IMG/VR virus record: IMGVR_UViG_3300044837_000188
Source: an uncultured virus (IMG/VR IMGVR_UViG_3300044837_000188)
Lineage: Duplodnaviria > Heunggongvirae > Uroviricota > Caudoviricetes
DNA: 20,000 nt
Reading direction: 5' to 3' (one strand)
Program-made: the position numbers and the translations under genes
Shown here: one piece after another, positions 16,799-20,000 of the stretch
How positions within the stretch are numbered: position 1 is the first letter of the stretch
Layout: each line of letters starts with the position of its first letter
Notes under the pieces: model-generated
Seen by the model: only the letters and a program-made list of their open reading frames with translations
Databases searched by the model: none
What the model was told of the DNA's origin: nothing

Positions 16799-17671
16799 AT
16801 GGGCGAGTACCGCAGCTTCAGCACCGGCGAGATCCTCTCCGACAGTGAGCGCGCCAAGCTCAACGCGGACGACAAGAAGCGCTACGACCGCGAGCAGAAG
16901 GTGCGCTCGCTGATGGCTTTGATCGACAACCCGGCCACCGCCGAGGGTGAGCGCGACAACGCCATGCGGATGCTTTCGAACCTGATCGCCCGCCACCAGA
17001 TCGACGTCACCGCGCTCCGTCAGAAGGACAACACGGGCCCGGCGAAGATCGTGAGCTTCGAGGTCAAGCTCTCCAACCGCTTCAACCTCGGTGGCGTACG
17101 GGCCTCCGCCCTCACCTGGGCCGTGGCTCACCCTCTGGGCGGCACCACGATCAAGTGGTGGAGGTCCACGGACTCCACGAAGAAGGAGACGCGCTTCATG
17201 GTCTTCGTCTCCGAGGACGTCGTCGACTTCGCGAAGATGCTGGTCTCCTCGTTCACGATGCAGATGGAGACCGGTATGGCCGTGGCGGTCAAGGAGCACC
17301 GCCGTGAGCTGGAGAGGCAGTACCTGTACCCGGGCGAGATCAACAGGCTCGTCAAGGACTTCCGCAAGAGCTACGTCATCTCGTGGGGCACGGCGGTCGG
17401 TCGCCGTATGGAGGCCGGACGCAAGCAGGCCGCGACCGAGGCGAGCCGCGAGACCGGCAAGGAGATCGTGCTCGTGGATGACTCCAAGCGCACCAAGGCC
17501 GCTCAGCTCGCCTGGCACCAGGAGCAGTACGGCGCCAAGGCCAAGTTGCGGCCTGGTCGCAAGATCGTCATCACGTCCGACGACGGGGCCAGCGCGGGCC
17601 GCCGTGATGGTCTGAGGGCCCAGCTCGGTATCAACGAGGTCGGCGGACGCCGGAACGCTCTCAGCGCCTGA
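16799..17671 (+). CDS. DUF2786-domain protein
   Basis: KVRSLMALIDNPATAEGERDNAMRMLSNLIARHQID fits the DUF2786 helical pattern; C-terminal FRKSY...W and AGRRDG...AQL motifs. Confidence 0.75.
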   Translation: MGEYRSFSTGEILSDSERAKLNADDKKRYDREQKVRSLMALIDNPATAEGERDNAMRMLSNLIARHQIDVTALRQKDNTGPAKIVSFEVKLSNRFNLGGVRASALTWAVAHPLGGTTIKWWRSTDSTKKETRFMVFVSEDVVDFAKMLVSSFTMQMETGMAVAVKEHRRELERQYLYPGEINRLVKDFRKSYVISWGTAVGRRMEAGRKQAATEASRETGKEIVLVDDSKRTKAAQLAWHQEQYGAKAKLRPGRKIVITSDDGASAGRRDGLRAQLGINEVGGRRNALSA

Positions 17672-17681
17672 GAACCCCCGT

Positions 17682-17707
17682 GAGGGGCCGTCATGAGGCG
17701 GCCCCTC
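17682..17707 (+). terminator. Stem-loop
   Basis: GAGGGGCCGTC-ATGA-GGCGGCCCCTC, intergenic. Confidence 0.55.
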
Positions 17708-17731
17708 CCCTTCGACGCCCTGGGAGGGCTC

Positions 17732-18538
17732 ATGGACTTCGACAAGCTCAACCGCGCGACCTACTACGGGAGCATCGAGACGCACCACAGGCTCGGCCAG
17801 CGCGGGATGCTCACCGATGAACTCGGCCCGTTCGCGGGGGTCAATCCGCAGGAGATCGTCTACCTGCGGGAGAAGCTCGACGGCGCGAACAGCAAGATCG
17901 TGTTCTTCAACGGTACGGACTACGTGATCGGCTCGCGGGAGAAGCTGCTCTACGCGAAGGGCGACCGGCTGACCGAGCAGGTCATGCCGGAGCTGACCTC
18001 GATCGTGGAGACCCTCAAGCCGATCGCGGAGAACATGATCTCCACGTGGAAGGTGGAGAGCCGCGAGAGCGCGGAGTTCGGCTCCCACTCGATCATGGTT
18101 CTGTACTTCGAGACGTACGGGGGCAAGGTCGGCAAGGCGGCGTCCCAGTACAGCGGCGTCGGCAACCTGGGGGCGCGGCTCTTCGACTACGCGCTCGTGG
18201 AGCGCGAGGTCCTCGACATGTCCCGTGTGCAGATCGCGAACTGGCGGGACAACGGCCCGGGGCCGACCTTCGGGGACACGCAGGACCTGGCATCCGTGGC
18301 ACGGGACTACGGCTTGCCCGTGGTGCCCAACATCGGGGCTGTCCGCATGGAGGAGCTGCCGAAGGACCTGGGCGGCATGCTCGACTTCCTCCAGCGCAAC
18401 GTGGGTACGACCCACGCGCTCCTGGACGACGAGGGCAAGGGCGAGCCCGAGGGCATCGTGCTCCGCACGAACGACCGCTCGGTCATCTCCAAGGCACGCT
18501 TCCAGGACTACCGGCGCACGCTGCGGCAGCGCGGCTGA
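17732..18538 (+). CDS. ATP-dependent RNA ligase family protein (Rnl2-like adenylation domain)
   Basis: GGGAGG then ATG 17732. Motif I EKLDGAN, III YFETYG, IIIa LFDY, IV EGIVLR, V SKAR; no OB-fold-sized C-terminal extension. Confidence 0.8.
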   Translation: MDFDKLNRATYYGSIETHHRLGQRGMLTDELGPFAGVNPQEIVYLREKLDGANSKIVFFNGTDYVIGSREKLLYAKGDRLTEQVMPELTSIVETLKPIAENMISTWKVESRESAEFGSHSIMVLYFETYGGKVGKAASQYSGVGNLGARLFDYALVEREVLDMSRVQIANWRDNGPGPTFGDTQDLASVARDYGLPVVPNIGAVRMEELPKDLGGMLDFLQRNVGTTHALLDDEGKGEPEGIVLRTNDRSVISKARFQDYRRTLRQRG

Positions 18539-18729
18539 TGTTCTGGATCTTCCTGTGGATCTGGGTGGTCTACGCCTCCGGATGCTTCCTCACCTTCGTG
18601 TGGGGCTGTATCCGGAGGTGGGAGATCCAGATCCTGATACCGATCGCATTCGGCTTCTACGGCTCGCTCGTGTGGTGGGCCGTCTACCTGGTGGCCGACA
18701 AGATCGCTCAACACGTCAGCATTCACTGA
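18538..18729 (+). CDS. Small two-TM membrane protein
   Basis: TGATG coupling to the ligase; two hydrophobic segments separated by RRWE. Confidence 0.75.
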   Translation: MFWIFLWIWVVYASGCFLTFVWGCIRRWEIQILIPIAFGFYGSLVWWAVYLVADKIAQHVSIH

Positions 18730-18739
18730 GGGAGGGGCC

Positions 18740-19201
18740 ATGGGCGCCTGGGACACCGGGATCTTCGACAACGACAACGCGGCCGACTTTTCGGGCTCGA
18801 TGGAGGCCTGCACGGACGTGGAGGCCCGTCACGATCTCCTCATGGCCACCATGGGCGCGATCCTGGAGCGGGCCATCGAGCCGGACGAGATGACGCCGGA
18901 CTACGAGTTCGGCTACGAGGTGGAGCACGCGCTCGCCTCCGCCGCGTACGTGGCCGACGCCAAGAACGGCCGTCACGACTTCACGGACACCTCGTACGCC
19001 AAGATGCTGGTCCGCGAGGACGACTTCGAGGAGGAGGACGCCTGGGACTTCATCGACGTCGGCACCCCGTCTCCGAAGCTGGTGGAGCGGGCCGTCCTCC
19101 TGGTGGAGAAGGTCCTGATCAGCATGGTGGAGCGAGGTGTGGACGCCGAGTGGCGTGAGCCCTCGGAGAAGCTCCTCAAGGCGCTCCTGGAAAAGGCTTG
19201 A
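18740..19201 (+). CDS. DUF4259-like acidic protein
   Basis: GGAGG RBS; N-terminal MGAWDTGIFDNDNAADF signature; stop lies in the -35 of promoter copy 8. Confidence 0.8.
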   Translation: MGAWDTGIFDNDNAADFSGSMEACTDVEARHDLLMATMGAILERAIEPDEMTPDYEFGYEVEHALASAAYVADAKNGRHDFTDTSYAKMLVREDDFEEEDAWDFIDVGTPSPKLVERAVLLVEKVLISMVERGVDAEWREPSEKLLKALLEKA

Positions 19202-19241
19202 CGCTCCAACAATCCTGGGTGTAGCGTTGACAACGTCAAGG
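19198..19241 (+). promoter_or_regulatory. Repeated promoter cassette copy 8 (drives the ncRNA region)
   Basis: TTGACG 19198-19203; 18-bp spacer CTCCAACAATCCTGGGTG; TAGCGT 19222-19227; TTGAC-AAC-GTCAA 19227-19239. Confidence 0.85.
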
Positions 19242-19281
19242 CCGTACAAGGGCCGCCGGGGAGCCCCAATCCCCGGCACCA
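19241..19281 (+). other. Conserved hairpin/pseudoknot leader element, copy 1
   Basis: GCCGTACAAGGGCC-GCCGGGGA-GCCCCAA-TCCCCGGC-ACCA; homologous to 19861-19897. Confidence 0.6.
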
Positions 19282-19284
19282 CTC

Positions 19285-19418
19285 GGGGTGAGCGGAAGCG
19301 TAAGCACGGTTCAAATCCGTGGATCATCGGGCGATGTTGTGGGGTTCGATTCCCCTTCACTGATGGCAGCTAATAGGGCGGCGGCCCGCGCAGAGGGGTT
19401 CGAATCCCTTCCACCCCA
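19285..19418 (+). ncRNA. Putative structured tRNA-like ncRNA with three T-arm hairpins
   Basis: CACGG-TTCAAAT-CCGTG (19305-19321), GGGG-TTCGATT-CCCC (19341-19355), AGGGG-TTCGAAT-CCCTT (19394-19410); ends GGGGTG/CACCCC-A pair like an acceptor stem. Confidence 0.65.
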
Positions 19419-19452
19419 CTCAGTAAGACCGACGACTCCTCAGGAGGACACC

Positions 19453-19860
19453 ATGGCGAAGAAGATCATCGAGAGCGTGGCCACGCTGGTTCGCAAGGGC
19501 CAGGAGGCCAGCTTCGACGGCGGGGTCACGTGGGGCCGCGTGAAGTCTGTACAGGCCCTGGTGGTCATGGCGGACGGCACGAAGAAGACTGTCAGTCTGA
19601 GCAGCCTGGTACACATCCGCGAGGACGACCCCGAGCTGTGCCCCAACGGCCAGGACCTGGGGACCGAGTGCCGCGAGATCGACCCCTGCGAGTCCTGCCA
19701 GCAGGACATCGACGAGGAGGGCGACCGGATCGAGGCCTCCATGGGCCTGTGTGCGCCCGTTGTGGAGGATGACGACGAGGACGAGCCCGACCCGTACCGC
19801 AAGTGCCGGGGATGCTCGGGTGGCTGCTGCACCGGCGGCAGTGACCCCTGCACCTGCTAG
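19453..19860 (+). CDS. Cys-rich acidic protein lying between tRNA-like RNAs
   Basis: GACTCCTCAGGAGG 19434-19447 then ATG 19453; CPNG...CREIDPCESC and CRGCSGGCCTGGSDPCTC. Confidence 0.8.
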   Translation: MAKKIIESVATLVRKGQEASFDGGVTWGRVKSVQALVVMADGTKKTVSLSSLVHIREDDPELCPNGQDLGTECREIDPCESCQQDIDEEGDRIEASMGLCAPVVEDDDEDEPDPYRKCRGCSGGCCTGGSDPCTC

Positions 19861-19897
19861 ACCGTACGAGGGCCGGTGAGAGCCCTGATCTCACCAC
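19861..19897 (+). other. Conserved hairpin/pseudoknot leader element, copy 2
   Basis: ACCGTACGAGGGCC-GGTGAGA-GCCCTGA-TCTCACC-AC. Confidence 0.6.
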
Positions 19898-20000
19898 GGA
19901 GGGGTGCCCGAGTGGCCTATGGGTCCGGACGCAATCCGGATGACCTGGTCGGGTGCGCGGCCTAGGACAACGCGCACCGTCAGCCAGAGATCGTGGGTTC
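19898..20000 (+). ncRNA. Atypical tRNA-like RNA (Cys-like GCA in a 5-nt loop, oversized variable arm), 3'-truncated by the window edge
   Basis: GGAGGGG-TG; D arm CCC-GAGTGGCCTAT-GGG; anticodon arm CCGGA-CGCAA-TCCGG; ~50-nt arm with GGTGCGCG/CGCGCACC; T arm starts GTGGG-TTC at the edge. Confidence 0.65.

Noticed and set aside
16367..18415. 682-aa minus-strand ORF, and similar long ones at 13609-15252, 1363-2706, 10572-11660, 11984-13105 and 9545-10471
   Set aside because: Antisense shadows of well-supported plus-strand genes in high-GC DNA, with no recognisable motifs.
1233..19241. Repeats as a CRISPR array or integron attC sites
   Set aside because: Spacing is 0.65-7 kb, the copies fit a promoter consensus, and there are no RYYYAAC/GTTRRRY ends or cas/integrase genes in the window.
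19241..19281. Pistol or HDV-like (theta) ribozyme
   Set aside because: AGGGC/GCCC resembles the pistol pseudoknot, but I could not draw the P1, AAA linker and GCGU core. No HDV P1 partner is present, and the element lies 5' rather than 3' of the tRNA-like RNA.
19285..19418. tmRNA or a cluster of canonical tRNAs
   Set aside because: Too short for tmRNA, with no tag ORF and no G3-U70 pair. The T-arms are only ~35-55 nt apart, leaving no room for D and anticodon arms.
19288..19452. N-terminal extension of the 190-aa ORF
   Set aside because: The strong start box supports ATG 19453; the upstream part is better explained as structured RNA.
19898..20000. Functional tRNA-Cys or tRNA-Sec
   Set aside because: The anticodon loop lacks U33 and is 5 nt, there is no TCA anticodon, the variable arm is oversized, and the 3' end is outside the window.

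Overview
High-GC, densely packed, all plus-strand region of about 40 short genes, many coupled by ATGA/GTGA overlaps and preceded by GGAGG ribosome-binding sites. It looks like the accessory/early region of a large actinobacterial phage, probably infecting Streptomyces (inferred from composition, gene style and promoters). Recognisable products: an RlaP/Pol-beta-type nucleotidyltransferase, an Rnl2-like RNA ligase adenylation domain, a permuted papain-like (YaeF/YiiX) amidase, DUF2786- and DUF4259-like proteins, a candidate ribbon-helix-helix regulator and many Cys/His-rich small proteins. Two non-coding features stand out. (1) Eight copies of a composite sigma70-type promoter cassette: TTGACG -35, palindromic spacer, -10, a TGAC-N3-GTCA or CCGCCAG box, and a GACTCCNCAGGAGG start box. 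(2) At the 3' end, non-canonical tRNA-like RNAs: a ~134-nt element with three T-arm hairpins inside an acceptor-like stem, inserted into a promoter leader, and a tRNA-like gene with a 5-nt anticodon loop and a ~50-nt variable arm. Each is preceded by the same covarying hairpin/pseudoknot element. All family calls come from motif reading only; no searches were run.
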